A DNA stretch of 33,139 bases from the IMG/VR virus record IMGVR_UViG_3300021960_000289, positions 1 to 33,139 of that record; one strand, written 5' to 3'. The notes beneath the pieces were generated by a model. That model was not told the origin of the DNA. It was given only the letters and a program-made list of their open reading frames with translations, and searched no databases. A program made the position numbers and the translations under genes. Numbering within the stretch: the stretch's first letter is position 1; every line of letters starts with the position of its first letter. The stretch is from a virus (lineage: Duplodnaviria > Caudoviricetes). This document shows, in pieces, positions 1 through 7,682 of this stretch.

Positions 1-1
1 C

Positions 2-1324
2 GATATCACCCATGTTCTGAGCTTGAGCAATCGGCGACACTGGTGTCACCTTAACTTCAAGACCATTCACACGAAGCGGCATCTCAATCATGCCACGCTC
101 ATCCATGACATACAGGATACGCGCAATAAGCGGTCCCATCGTCTCTGTGATGAGGCGACCGAACGCAGAGCCAAGGTTCTGCGCCAGTTCTTTCATGCGC
201 TCTGCAATCTCAGTCGCAGAACGTGCCGACATATTGTCAGGCGGTAATGTATCATCCAGCATGATCTTTTTAATGTTCATGCGTAGATCATTGATAACAA
301 TCTGAGACACGTTGAAGTCACCGGAACGCGGCAACATCCGTAGGCTCTCACCTTGTGGGCCACCATTACGAGCCACAGGAATAATAGCACCCGGTGTAAT
401 GCGGATCATCTGTGGATTAAGAACACCGTCATCCGCTGCCGTGTAAACGCCAGCAATCGACAAGGATGCGTTCTTTAACAGAAGCTCTAGCGTCTTATTC
501 AGTGTCTTAATATCTGGGATTGCAGTAACGAGAGGCCCACGACCGTAGACTTCACCAGCAACCTTCATGTATCGAGCCACAATCCAAGGCGAAGACATCA
601 TCTTGCGCTGCACAATCTGTGCCTTACCTTCTGGCCAAATTACATGATAGTCATAATCACCACGGTTCATATCAAGGATTGTAGCCTCAACAAGCTCAAT
701 CTCTTCCGTTGGCTTATCTTCAATCATACGCGCTAGACGGTCTGGTATGTCAGCATCCATCCAGTGCTGTTTAATAGCTTCAGCCTTAATCCGCATACGA
801 CGATAGACGTTATCAACGCGGCCATGGGCGCCCTCTTCAATCGCCACAAGGTATTGAGGTACAGCGGTAAAGCGAACAGGTGTTACGTCATCTCCGGGTT
901 GTACAAGCATGACTGCTGTACCAACCGCAAGGTCCATAAGAAATTCACCCATTGCCAAATCAAAATTGGACTGACGGAGAACCGAAAACATCTTTTCTGC
1001 GTATAAGTCTAAAGCGGCTTGAGCTTCTAACTGACGGTCAGCAGGAATATCTGGACCCGGCTCAAGACGACACCAGCGCCCGTATGGTGGGAATAAGCCA
1101 GCTTGAATACGGTTAGCAAAGCGTTGCGTTGCACTAATGGCAGTAGAATCAAACACACGAGCCATTTTATTCTGACCCGGTGAGCCACCACCTTCATAGT
1201 ATCCGTCATACAGATTGCGCTGCGGTAGAGCAAACTCATAGCAGTCTTCGTAAATCTGACGCCAATTATCCTTGCGGCGTTGTGCAAGGGCGTGACGTTT
1301 CATAATTTGATCGACGGTCAGCAT
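2..1324 (-). CDS. Portal (head-to-tail connector) protein, T7 gp8/BPP-1-like; C-terminus runs off the window
   Basis: Not in the ORF track because there is no stop in the window. Manual translation from ATG 1324 gives MLTVDQIMKRHALAQRRKDNWRQIYEDCYEFALPQR...VFDSTAISATQRFANRIQAGLFPP...PWIVARYMKVAGEVYGRGP...SATEIAERMKE. The FDST, YGRGP and ATE motifs are typical of podovirus portals. Confidence 0.93.
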   Translation of the reverse strand, partial: MLTVDQIMKRHALAQRRKDNWRQIYEDCYEFALPQRNLYDGYYEGGGSPGQNKMARVFDSTAISATQRFANRIQAGLFPPYGRWCRLEPGPDIPADRQLEAQAALDLYAEKMFSVLRQSNFDLAMGEFLMDLAVGTAVMLVQPGDDVTPVRFTAVPQYLVAIEEGAHGRVDNVYRRMRIKAEAIKQHWMDADIPDRLARMIEDKPTEEIELVEATILDMNRGDYDYHVIWPEGKAQIVQRKMMSSPWIVARYMKVAGEVYGRGPLVTAIPDIKTLNKTLELLLKNASLSIAGVYTAADDGVLNPQMIRITPGAIIPVARNGGPQGESLRMLPRSGDFNVSQIVINDLRMNIKKIMLDDTLPPDNMSARSATEIAERMKELAQNLGSAFGRLITETMGPLIARILYVMDERGMIEMPLRVNGLEVKVTPVSPIAQAQNMGDI

Positions 1325-1327
1325 GGC

Positions 1328-1600
1328 TTAACCTTTCTTATGACGCGCCGCAAAATTACGAGCTGCTTCTTCGGAGCCAAAACCCCAAGCCTTTAGAGCA
1401 AGAGCCTTGCGCGTTGGCTCGCCCTTCTCATTCTTCATCGGACCCTTCATACCAGCAAAACGTGCAGCAAACGAAACGCGGCGTGGATTAGTGCCGGACT
1501 TTACTGGCGCTTGTAGGTTGCCACCTTCTTTACGCTCAAAGTATTTCCGTCCAGCCTCGTTAAGACCGCCTTTCGGGTTCTGGTAAGCCTTCTTAACCAC
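1328..1600 (-). CDS. Small basic conserved phage protein (GGLN...RRxSFAARFAGM...ALKAWG type)
   Basis: 90-aa Lys/Arg-rich ORF that overlaps the upstream stop and abuts the portal start. Confidence 0.8.
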   Translation of the reverse strand: MVKKAYQNPKGGLNEAGRKYFERKEGGNLQAPVKSGTNPRRVSFAARFAGMKGPMKNEKGEPTRKALALKAWGFGSEEAARNFAARHKKG

Positions 1601-1745
1601 GCGCGGCCCTCATGTTATCAATAAGATTAGGATAAGGACGGCCAGCCTTTTTAGCTGCGCGCATAGCAGAACGCTTTTGCGCTGACGTTAAACCTTTCGG
1701 TTTACCCAAATCTTTAGGCCGTTTCTTTTCCCAAACCTGTTTCAT
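1593..1745 (-). CDS. Small basic hypothetical protein (50 aa)
   Basis: Manual translation MKQVWEKKRPKDLGKPKGLTSAQKRSAMRAAKKAGRPYPNLIDNMRAARG; fills the gap exactly in a tightly packed operon. Confidence 0.75.
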   Translation of the reverse strand: MKQVWEKKRPKDLGKPKGLTSAQKRSAMRAAKKAGRPYPNLIDNMRAARG

Positions 1746-1747
1746 AA

Positions 1748-2044
1748 TTATCTTCCGATACGGATGGAAACAGTACCGCTTGTAAACTCACCAGTTTTTA
1801 CACCAGCGCGATAAGCCACGACAGGCTCTGGGTCTACACCATAGGTTTCAACCGGAGCGGTAAATGTATCGACATCACGCCATGTGCTACCTGCATCAAA
1901 GCTGCGTTGGACAGTAACAGTAGCCACGAAAGTGCCAGAGATGGAAAGATTGAAACCACCTTCGGTATAGATACCATCGCTAAACGTATTTTGAGCGGTA
2001 ATATCCTTTTCAACCAGACCAATACCTTTATCGAGAACAGCCAT
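1748..2044 (-). CDS. Hypothetical beta-rich protein, probably virion-associated
   Basis: 98-aa ORF with AAGGAG RBS; GTFVATVTVQRSFDAGSTWRDV segment suggests a beta-sandwich. Confidence 0.75.
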   Translation of the reverse strand: MAVLDKGIGLVEKDITAQNTFSDGIYTEGGFNLSISGTFVATVTVQRSFDAGSTWRDVDTFTAPVETYGVDPEPVVAYRAGVKTGEFTSGTVSIRIGR

Positions 2045-2182
2045 TTATTGCTCCTTTGGTTTTGGCTTGCCAGCTTTACGCATCGCAATAGCGACCGCTT
2101 GCTTCATTGGCTTGCCCTCTTTCATCAACATCTTAATGTTCTGACCCATAACCTTGTCAGACTTACCAGATTTAAGAGGCAT
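2045..2182 (-). CDS. Small basic protein (45 aa, 'KQAVAIA' type)
   Basis: Manual translation MPLKSGKSDKVMGQNIKMLMKEGKPMKQAVAIAMRKAGKPKPKEQ; stop abuts the next ATG. Confidence 0.75.
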   Translation of the reverse strand: MPLKSGKSDKVMGQNIKMLMKEGKPMKQAVAIAMRKAGKPKPKEQ

Positions 2183-2330
2183 ATTCTTTCTTCCTCTTCA
2201 TCGTCGTTTTCATATTGACGCTTTCAACACGTCCACCATACTGACGGGCATATTCTTTCGCCGCAGTCATGCCCTTCTTACTATAGGCAAACGTGCGGGT
2301 TTTGCCGTCTTTAAGAACGACTTTAGGCAT
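2172..2330 (-). CDS. Small basic hypothetical protein (52 aa)
   Basis: Manual translation MPKVVLKDGKTRTFAYSKKGMTAAKEYARQYGGRVESVNMKTTMKRKKEYAS; TGATG coupling with the upstream gene. Confidence 0.7.
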   Translation of the reverse strand: MPKVVLKDGKTRTFAYSKKGMTAAKEYARQYGGRVESVNMKTTMKRKKEYAS

Positions 2331-2551
2331 CAACCAACACCAAGCGTTGTACGTTTCTCTTCATCTGGACCTAACGTGCTACCTAACAATGCACGACCAC
2401 CAATCCGACGCGCACGAAGAGCGGATGCCAAGCGACGTTGCGCTTCGGTGGATTGTGTTATTTCACGAACAGGTGCAGGTGCTGCTTTTGGTTTACCGCC
2501 ACCAACAACATCCTCAACAACACTACCAACAGTACGAATAACACCACCCAT
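2330..2551 (-). CDS. Small hypothetical virion-associated protein (MGG-start, paralog of next gene)
   Basis: 73 aa; AGGAG RBS; RARRIGGRALL motif. Confidence 0.75.
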   Translation of the reverse strand: MGGVIRTVGSVVEDVVGGGKPKAAPAPVREITQSTEAQRRLASALRARRIGGRALLGSTLGPDEEKRTTLGVG

Positions 2552-2553
2552 GA

Positions 2554-2772
2554 TTAAACTCCTAAGTCAGAAGAAATACCAAGACGCGCATCTTCGCGCG
2601 TAGGCGATAACAACATACGCTGACCACCAAATCTGCGAGCGCGAGCACGAGAGGCCATTTGCGCTGCTTGACGACGCTCCTCTTCAGCAAGACGCTCTTC
2701 TTGACGTTTCTGGGCGGCAACTATTTCCGGCGATGGTGCAGGCATTTTCGGAGCCTTAAAAAGTCCACCCAT
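2554..2772 (-). CDS. Small hypothetical virion-associated protein (MGG-start)
   Basis: 72 aa; RARRFGGQRMLL motif; TAATG coupling with the GNAT gene. Confidence 0.75.
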   Translation of the reverse strand: MGGLFKAPKMPAPSPEIVAAQKRQEERLAEEERRQAAQMASRARARRFGGQRMLLSPTREDARLGISSDLGV

Positions 2773-3239
2773 TATTCAGTCCTCGCAAACATTTTATAAT
2801 CCGATCCATCAGGCCCATAACGGTGCAAGATAGCTTCTGGTTTCATTTTTAATGCAATAGCCCACCTCATTGCAAGCTCATTCCTACAGTTTACAGCAAT
2901 TTGCAATCTATGTAATTTCAAATCGATATAAATATTATTGAAGTATCGTATAGCAGTGCGCGTAGCTGTAATAGGAATTGTTTCAAACTGATATGAAGTC
3001 AATAGCCAAGCCTCGGCAACACCCGGCCAAATCTCATATGCGCCCCAACAGGCGACGATTTTTCCACCATATATTGCAGTGTAACAGTGCTTCTGCGTAC
3101 CGAACTGCTTTAATCGCTCCACATAGTCCGGCATATGTTCAAAGTATTCTTTTTCAAAGGGTCTCAGGTCCATTAAATTCACATGAGCCCAGTAAAATGG
3201 ACAGATAGATAATCTACTATTAGTGCTTAACTTAGACAT
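2772..3239 (-). CDS. GNAT-fold acetyltransferase-like protein (T7 gp13-like)
   Basis: IVACWGAYEIWPGVAEAWLL...HRLQIAV...NELAMRWAIALKMKPEAILHRYGPDGSDYKMFAR pattern, typical of phage GNAT-like proteins in late operons. Confidence 0.75.
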   Translation of the reverse strand: MSKLSTNSRLSICPFYWAHVNLMDLRPFEKEYFEHMPDYVERLKQFGTQKHCYTAIYGGKIVACWGAYEIWPGVAEAWLLTSYQFETIPITATRTAIRYFNNIYIDLKLHRLQIAVNCRNELAMRWAIALKMKPEAILHRYGPDGSDYKMFARTE

Positions 3240-3246
3240 AATACCC

Positions 3247-3275
3247 TTGATCTTGTGTTCATATACTACTATGAT
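3247..3275 (+). promoter_or_regulatory. Sigma70-type promoter for the intergenic small RNA
   Basis: TTGATC (3247-3252), 17-nt spacer, TATGAT (3270-3275); oriented opposite to the flanking genes. Confidence 0.7.
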
Positions 3276-3282
3276 ATCACTC

Positions 3283-3357
3283 GAATGGACGAGTCATGCG
3301 TGTCTGTTCTCCTCCCCGTGTGTGCTTGAGGGGTGTCTTCGGACACCCCTCTTTTTT
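3283..3357 (+). ncRNA. Putative ~75-nt trans-acting antisense sRNA (5' hairpin, anti-SD linker, terminator)
   Basis: Promoter and intrinsic terminator with no credible ORF between them. Stem GAAUGGAC/GUCUGUUC with loop AGUCAUGCG; linker UCCUCCCCGUGUGUGCUU. Complementary to several phage translation-initiation regions. Confidence 0.7.
3328..3357 (+). terminator. Rho-independent terminator on the plus strand
   Basis: GAGGGGTGTC-TTCG-GACACCCCTC followed by T6; the U-tract is present only in the plus orientation, opposite to terL. Confidence 0.85.
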
Positions 3358-4912
3358 ATGCAAACACGTTGAAGTCCATCGACGCATTAACCTGCTTAAA
3401 CAATGGCCTGCCATTTGGGTTCCGCGTCAGACGACGATGCTCACCACCACCCAACATAAGATACCCATACGCATCACCAACGTGCGAATGATCGTTCTTG
3501 GACGGCACGTCTCTGAACCGTTCTTGACCAGCACCAATCGCTAACCGCTTAAAATGATACCCACCAGCCAATGACTTCCTAATACGGTTGCAATCCTTCG
3601 ACACTAACAACCCCGGACGACCGTCAATCAATCTATTCATCGGCATAGCACCAGCCTCACGACGCACCATGAAATCATTGGAGTTCGTCGGCTGCGCTCT
3701 CAAACCAAGGGTCCGCAGATGGTCGAACGCCGTTACTTCAAATATTTCATCGCGTTTACCACCTGCGGGGTCGCCCCAGATAAACACCTCGCTCTTTGGG
3801 AACTTAGTGCTAATATCCGCCATAAGGTGATGGGCGAACCTCTCAAGACCCATGTCAAATGCTACCAATTCATGCACGACATGCCAACGCCCGTTCGGCA
3901 TCTTTTGCCCAAATACAGCAGCAGGCGTTAAACCAAAGTCCAAACCAATATGCACTGGCATACCGACTTCAATCTCAACGTCAGCCGCCATCAAGCTATC
4001 ACTATACTCATGCCAGACAGGCTTACCGTCCTGCACATAAACATACTTAGCCCCAGCATAACACTCGATCCAATCAAGCGTCTTACCCGCTAATTGCTGC
4101 TCGTAATAACCGGGCGGCAAGTTATTCAGGTTCTCAGCCTTCGGATTTAACCGCCAATACTTATTCGCCCCAAAAATCGCATCCTCATGCTCTTTAGTTG
4201 CGTCAGTAACACCACCGGGCTGCTTGTAGAACTTCCACGGATACCGACCCCTAATCGGGTTCTTCTCCGCTAACTCATGCCACCAATGATCCGAGTCCAT
4301 CGGGTTGGTAGACATCCAAACACCACGCCACGGACAACCGCCATTCTTCTTCGTCGGATAACGACCAACACGCGACGTTAATCCATCAACCACCGCTTTC
4401 GGTAACTCACGAGCCTCATCAACGAAGCCACCCGTCAATTCAAGTGACAATAACTTCCTAACGTCTCTCGGCTGATCCAACGCCAGAAAGATAACCTCAC
4501 AGTCCAATCCCGGCGTATCTTCTCTGGGCGGCAACTTAATATGATGCGTAATCGGTGGAGACCACCGCATCTCACCCCACATATGTTCAGGAAATAACTC
4601 CTGCCACGTCTTAATCGTCGTCGTCCGCAACTCAGGATAGCTATTACGAATAACAGCAAACCGCGTGTACCGAACATTATCGACGGGCGAAGGTGTCTGC
4701 TTCACGGCGCGAAGCATCACCTCCGCCAAACAAGCATACGTCTTGCCTGACCCTACCGGACCCATCAAGCCACGAACGAAGCTATCGTCATTCAAGAACT
4801 GCCACGTCGTAGGACTTTGCGAAAAGTCCAAGTTAAGACCAGTGAGCGCGTCGTCGCCCTTCTGGCGGCGACGGCGCGGCGAACGGTCTGTAGCGCGTGG
4901 CGATCTAGACAT
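3356..4912 (-). CDS. terL: Terminase large subunit
   Basis: Walker A GPVGSGKT, Walker B FVDE, motif III STNP, RNase H-like nuclease IGLDFG...WGDPAG...SHVGDAYGY. Confidence 0.95.
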   Translation of the reverse strand: MSRSPRATDRSPRRRRQKGDDALTGLNLDFSQSPTTWQFLNDDSFVRGLMGPVGSGKTYACLAEVMLRAVKQTPSPVDNVRYTRFAVIRNSYPELRTTTIKTWQELFPEHMWGEMRWSPPITHHIKLPPREDTPGLDCEVIFLALDQPRDVRKLLSLELTGGFVDEARELPKAVVDGLTSRVGRYPTKKNGGCPWRGVWMSTNPMDSDHWWHELAEKNPIRGRYPWKFYKQPGGVTDATKEHEDAIFGANKYWRLNPKAENLNNLPPGYYEQQLAGKTLDWIECYAGAKYVYVQDGKPVWHEYSDSLMAADVEIEVGMPVHIGLDFGLTPAAVFGQKMPNGRWHVVHELVAFDMGLERFAHHLMADISTKFPKSEVFIWGDPAGGKRDEIFEVTAFDHLRTLGLRAQPTNSNDFMVRREAGAMPMNRLIDGRPGLLVSKDCNRIRKSLAGGYHFKRLAIGAGQERFRDVPSKNDHSHVGDAYGYLMLGGGEHRRLTRNPNGRPLFKQVNASMDFNVFA

Positions 4913-5247
4913 CAGATAACATTCCTCCAGCGTCTTTGCTCCAAAGCAGGCCCGTTCTCAAACACAAGACCATACTTCGCCATAGCAGCACCGAAATAAG
5001 CATCAGCCTTATCAATCTCAGTAGGCGTCATACCCATCGCATTCTCAACATGCATAGAATTAAACGGCTCAAACTCACCGTACAACTCGTCCAAATGATC
5101 GTCAAAGTGACGCTTATTCATACGAACCCTTTGGATTTCCTTATCCAACTCCGCATTAACCTTACGCCAACGGCTCAAACACGCAGGGTGTATCTCATAA
5201 ATACTTGGACGCTTACAATAAATACAACAATTACTCGTCCTCGGCAT
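4912..5247 (-). CDS. Hypothetical protein with N-terminal Cys/His motif
   Basis: 111 aa between terS and terL, overlapping both; CIYC...HPAC. Confidence 0.7.
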   Translation of the reverse strand: MPRTSNCCIYCKRPSIYEIHPACLSRWRKVNAELDKEIQRVRMNKRHFDDHLDELYGEFEPFNSMHVENAMGMTPTEIDKADAYFGAAMAKYGLVFENGPALEQRRWRNVI

Positions 5248-5641
5248 CTGTTTCCTCCACTACTTCATACGTTGTTACGTCTGGCCCTCTCACGTTAATC
5301 CCAATCATGCTAGGACGGCGGTCATCACTATTAGGCTCAAGTAAGCCACGATGCTTCGCCAGCAATCTAAGCGCAGACAGTTTATCGTGCATCTCCACTT
5401 CAATCGTATTGCCATGCTCGTTAGGCGTAATCTTCACCTTCTTAATGGCACGACGAGCGCGTGGAGACAGTTTATCCGAGGCTAGAACCTGCACACGTCC
5501 TAGCTCGTCCCAAGACAGCACGTCAGTAATCTCGCTACTGCCGAGCGCCTCAAGCTCATTTACAACCGCCTCACGGCGCTCCTCATCACGAGAAGCTAAA
5601 GCGGCGCGTATTTCACGAACGGATAGTTTATCTTCGGTCAC
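5231..5641 (-). CDS. terS: Terminase small subunit
   Basis: Probable GTG start at 5641 after GGAGG. The V..EL.ALG.S.ITDV...AIKKVKI...IEVEMHDKLSALRLLAKHRGL pattern is terS-like, and the gene lies upstream of terL. Confidence 0.8.
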   Translation of the reverse strand: MTEDKLSVREIRAALASRDEERREAVVNELEALGSSEITDVLSWDELGRVQVLASDKLSPRARRAIKKVKITPNEHGNTIEVEMHDKLSALRLLAKHRGLLEPNSDDRRPSMIGINVRGPDVTTYEVVEETDAEDE

Positions 5642-5895
5642 TCGTGTACCTCCGAACCAAGAGCCGCGTAAGCAACAATATCCAGCCACGAATCCTCATG
5701 GCTAGGTGTCTCAGCTAAACGTGACAGCTTTAGACAAATCATACATTGGGCTACCTGCGCCCTCGTCACTTGCTGACCCATAATCACAGTCCACATAACC
5801 GCAATCCGATCAAAGTTCACACGAGCATCGCCATAATCAGCGCCTCGATCTACTAGCGTAACCTTCGCTAATTCCAATACTTCATCCCGCTTCAT
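5638..5895 (-). CDS. DUF6378-like phage protein
   Basis: ATG 5895 with GGAGGAGG RBS; DRGADYGDARVNFDRIAVMW...VAQCMICLKLSRL...HEDSWLDIVAYAAL signature. Confidence 0.85.
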   Translation of the reverse strand: MKRDEVLELAKVTLVDRGADYGDARVNFDRIAVMWTVIMGQQVTRAQVAQCMICLKLSRLAETPSHEDSWLDIVAYAALGSEVHE

Positions 5896-6049
5896 CGGGT
5901 GTGTCCTCCTCCATAAATATTTCCCCATGCCCGTTGCAGAGATAACAAATAGCAAGCACGTTCGTCCGCTCTCTCGCGCAATCGGGCGAATCATCATAGC
6001 GAAGATATTTCAGTCCGCAACATTCGGGGCAAGTTTGTAAGCTAAACAA
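5882..6049 (-). CDS. Small zinc-finger protein (DnaJ-like CxxCxG repeats)
   Basis: Probable TTG start at 6049 after GGAGG; CPECCG...CYLCNGHG. Confidence 0.6.
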   Translation of the reverse strand: MFSLQTCPECCGLKYLRYDDSPDCARERTNVLAICYLCNGHGEIFMEEDTPDEAG

Positions 6050-6087
6050 TGCGTTCCTCCGAAAAGTAAGGAAAATTTTGTGTGACA

Positions 6088-6119
6088 CCCCCCTATAGAA
6101 TTGGCCGGGGGTAGGGGGG
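6088..6119. repeat. G/C-run inverted repeat, candidate packaging-initiation (pac/terminus) region
   Basis: CCCCCCTA-N16-TAGGGGGG just upstream of the terminase operon. Confidence 0.5.
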
Positions 6120-6139
6120 AAAGGGCCTCTTTCGTTATA

Positions 6140-6152
6140 AATCAATAGGTTA
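6140..6152 (+). promoter_or_regulatory. IHF-consensus site
   Basis: AATCAATAGGTTA matches WATCAANNNNTTR exactly. Confidence 0.5.
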
Positions 6153-6181
6153 GCCTGTCAATCCGCTAGGGCAAACGTACG

Positions 6182-6838
6182 TTAATTCAAAGCGCGGGCA
6201 ACATCAGCAAGGGCAGGAACCCCCGCACGCTTTAATAAGCAAGCCCTGCAATGTTCCTCAGTAGCCCTTACGATTGCAGGAACGTCAACGCCTAACGCTG
6301 CTAGCTGGCGGGCAGCGCCTAGCTCATTCTCAGCCCTTCTAGGCTGTCCTAGCACCCTTTCAACGGTCGCCGCGTAGGCAGAAGCCAGTGAGTGAGCGTT
6401 TGCAATCAAGGTGTTGTCTTCCCCCAATCCCCCTATTTCATTCTTGTGCGTGTCTTCTGTATCTGCTGCCGATAACAGTAGTTTTGCCGATTGCACTTCT
6501 TCCCACGTTGGCAATGGTGCATCTACGTCATAAAGCACTTGGTAGCGGTTTATCTTGCCGAATTGTGCGTATTCCATCTGATAGTCTTGTGGCCTTAGTC
6601 TTCGCACGTAGCCAGCTTTAACTAGTCTCGCAATGCTTCTTGATACGCTAGCGGGATCAACTCCAACTATATCACCAACGGTCTGAACACCGGGCCAGCA
6701 AACGCCATGCGAGTTGGTAAAGATGCAAAGCCCTACGAGCACTCTAAAGTGTGAAGTGTGTAGCTTCCGATCCATTAATGCCCGAACGGGTATGATCGAC
6801 CATTGTCGTTTAATATCTAATTCAGAAGGGGATTGCAT
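6182..6838 (-). CDS. Helix-turn-helix protein (HTH_36/replication-initiator-like N-terminus)
   Basis: WSIIPVRALMDRKL...RVLVGLC...CWPGVQTVGDIVGVDPASVSRSIARLVKAGYV...NRYQV winged-HTH pattern. Confidence 0.8.
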   Translation of the reverse strand: MQSPSELDIKRQWSIIPVRALMDRKLHTSHFRVLVGLCIFTNSHGVCWPGVQTVGDIVGVDPASVSRSIARLVKAGYVRRLRPQDYQMEYAQFGKINRYQVLYDVDAPLPTWEEVQSAKLLLSAADTEDTHKNEIGGLGEDNTLIANAHSLASAYAATVERVLGQPRRAENELGAARQLAALGVDVPAIVRATEEHCRACLLKRAGVPALADVARALN

Positions 6839-7406
6839 CGTCTAACTTCCCGCCTTTAGTTTCCATACCCTTGAATATAGCGTCCGGCATTTTCGCCTTT
6901 ACCAATGACATGAGCTTAGCCGCATCGTAAGCATCAATTACCCGCGCCACCTCTTCCACGCTCCACACTACACAATCCGGGCGCTCCTTGGCTACCTTTA
7001 CGGCTTCATAGTCTGAGCGCGTAATACATAAGACGCCGCCCGATGGGATTGCAGCTTCCCATGCTTCCCCGGTTAGCTCTTTTGCTCCTGCTTCCATCGC
7101 TGCCTTTTCTAACGCGGCATACGCTCGACACGATACAGGAACCAGCTTCTCTACCTCGTCGGCGTTACACTCGCGGATAGCTTTATTGAGCCTATCACAT
7201 TGCAACTCGAATCGCTCGCGTAATTCCTGCCCTACTAAATCGGGCAAGCGATCAATACCCCATCGCGATTCATATCCGCTAACTACTTTATCGTGTTCGA
7301 GTAGTGCTGACCGCACTCTTTCGGCGTCACGCTCATTCGGCCCGAAGTCACGACGCACTGATGATCGATCAGCTTTCGTGACTCGTTTTCTAGTTCCAGT
7401 TTTCAT
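6822..7406 (-). CDS. Conserved hypothetical phage protein
   Basis: 194 aa; GGGGA RBS; ESRWGIDRLPDLV motif; C-terminal DDAIPF (SSB-tail-like). Confidence 0.8.
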   Translation of the reverse strand: MKTGTRKRVTKADRSSVRRDFGPNERDAERVRSALLEHDKVVSGYESRWGIDRLPDLVGQELRERFELQCDRLNKAIRECNADEVEKLVPVSCRAYAALEKAAMEAGAKELTGEAWEAAIPSGGVLCITRSDYEAVKVAKERPDCVVWSVEEVARVIDAYDAAKLMSLVKAKMPDAIFKGMETKGGKLDDAIPF

Positions 7407-7417
7407 CTTTTCCCCTT

Positions 7418-7575
7418 CATCAATAGATCATCATCAAATCGCATCAATAGTATTGTCCCCCTATAGGGGGACACAACACTATTGATCTGATGGAGCATTG
7501 TCTTACTACCCCTTACATACCCCCGATCTGCTATTGATCCCCTTATTATTCAATGACTTAGCCAGTTGATCCCCT
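7418..7575. repeat. Palindrome and iterated motif region, candidate replication origin
   Basis: Perfect 20-bp palindrome TGTCCCCCTATAGGGGGACA (7454-7473) flanked by inverted ATCAATAG/CTATTGAT copies (7419, 7443, 7479, 7531); near-consensus IHF site at 7548-7560. Confidence 0.6.
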
Positions 7576-7617
7576 CACTACCGCATCGGACCATGCAATT
7601 TTTTTTACCGTTTGCCC

Positions 7618-7661
7618 TTGCGCGATATCGGGAGTGTATTATATATAACAGTTATAGCACA
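7618..7661 (+). promoter_or_regulatory. Putative early promoter/operator
   Basis: TTGCGC-N16/18-TATATA, then ACAGTTATAGCACA; close copy at 12112-12153. Confidence 0.55.
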
Positions 7662-7682
7662 CTTATATACGGGAGATATAGC

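Noticed and set aside
23-1287. Short ORFs from the track in this interval, and similar shadow ORFs genome-wide
   Set aside because: They overlap or lie antisense to well-supported genes, here the portal
3296-3544. 82-aa plus-strand ORF starting inside the sRNA
   Set aside because: It runs through a strong terminator after ~20 codons and then lies antisense to terL; no recognisable protein features
7410-7580. CRISPR-like array
   Set aside because: Repeats are only 8-10 bp, irregularly spaced and in both orientations
7642-7661. Resemblance of TTATAGCACA to Tn3/gamma-delta res half-sites
   Set aside because: Spacing to the TATA core differs, there is no matching left arm or accessory sites, and a promoter/sRNA-target explanation is simpler
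7566-7682. N-terminal extension of the 271-aa ORF (likewise 12090-12224 and 6050-6145)
   Set aside because: These extensions cover promoter or repeat DNA; downstream starts have proper RBSs
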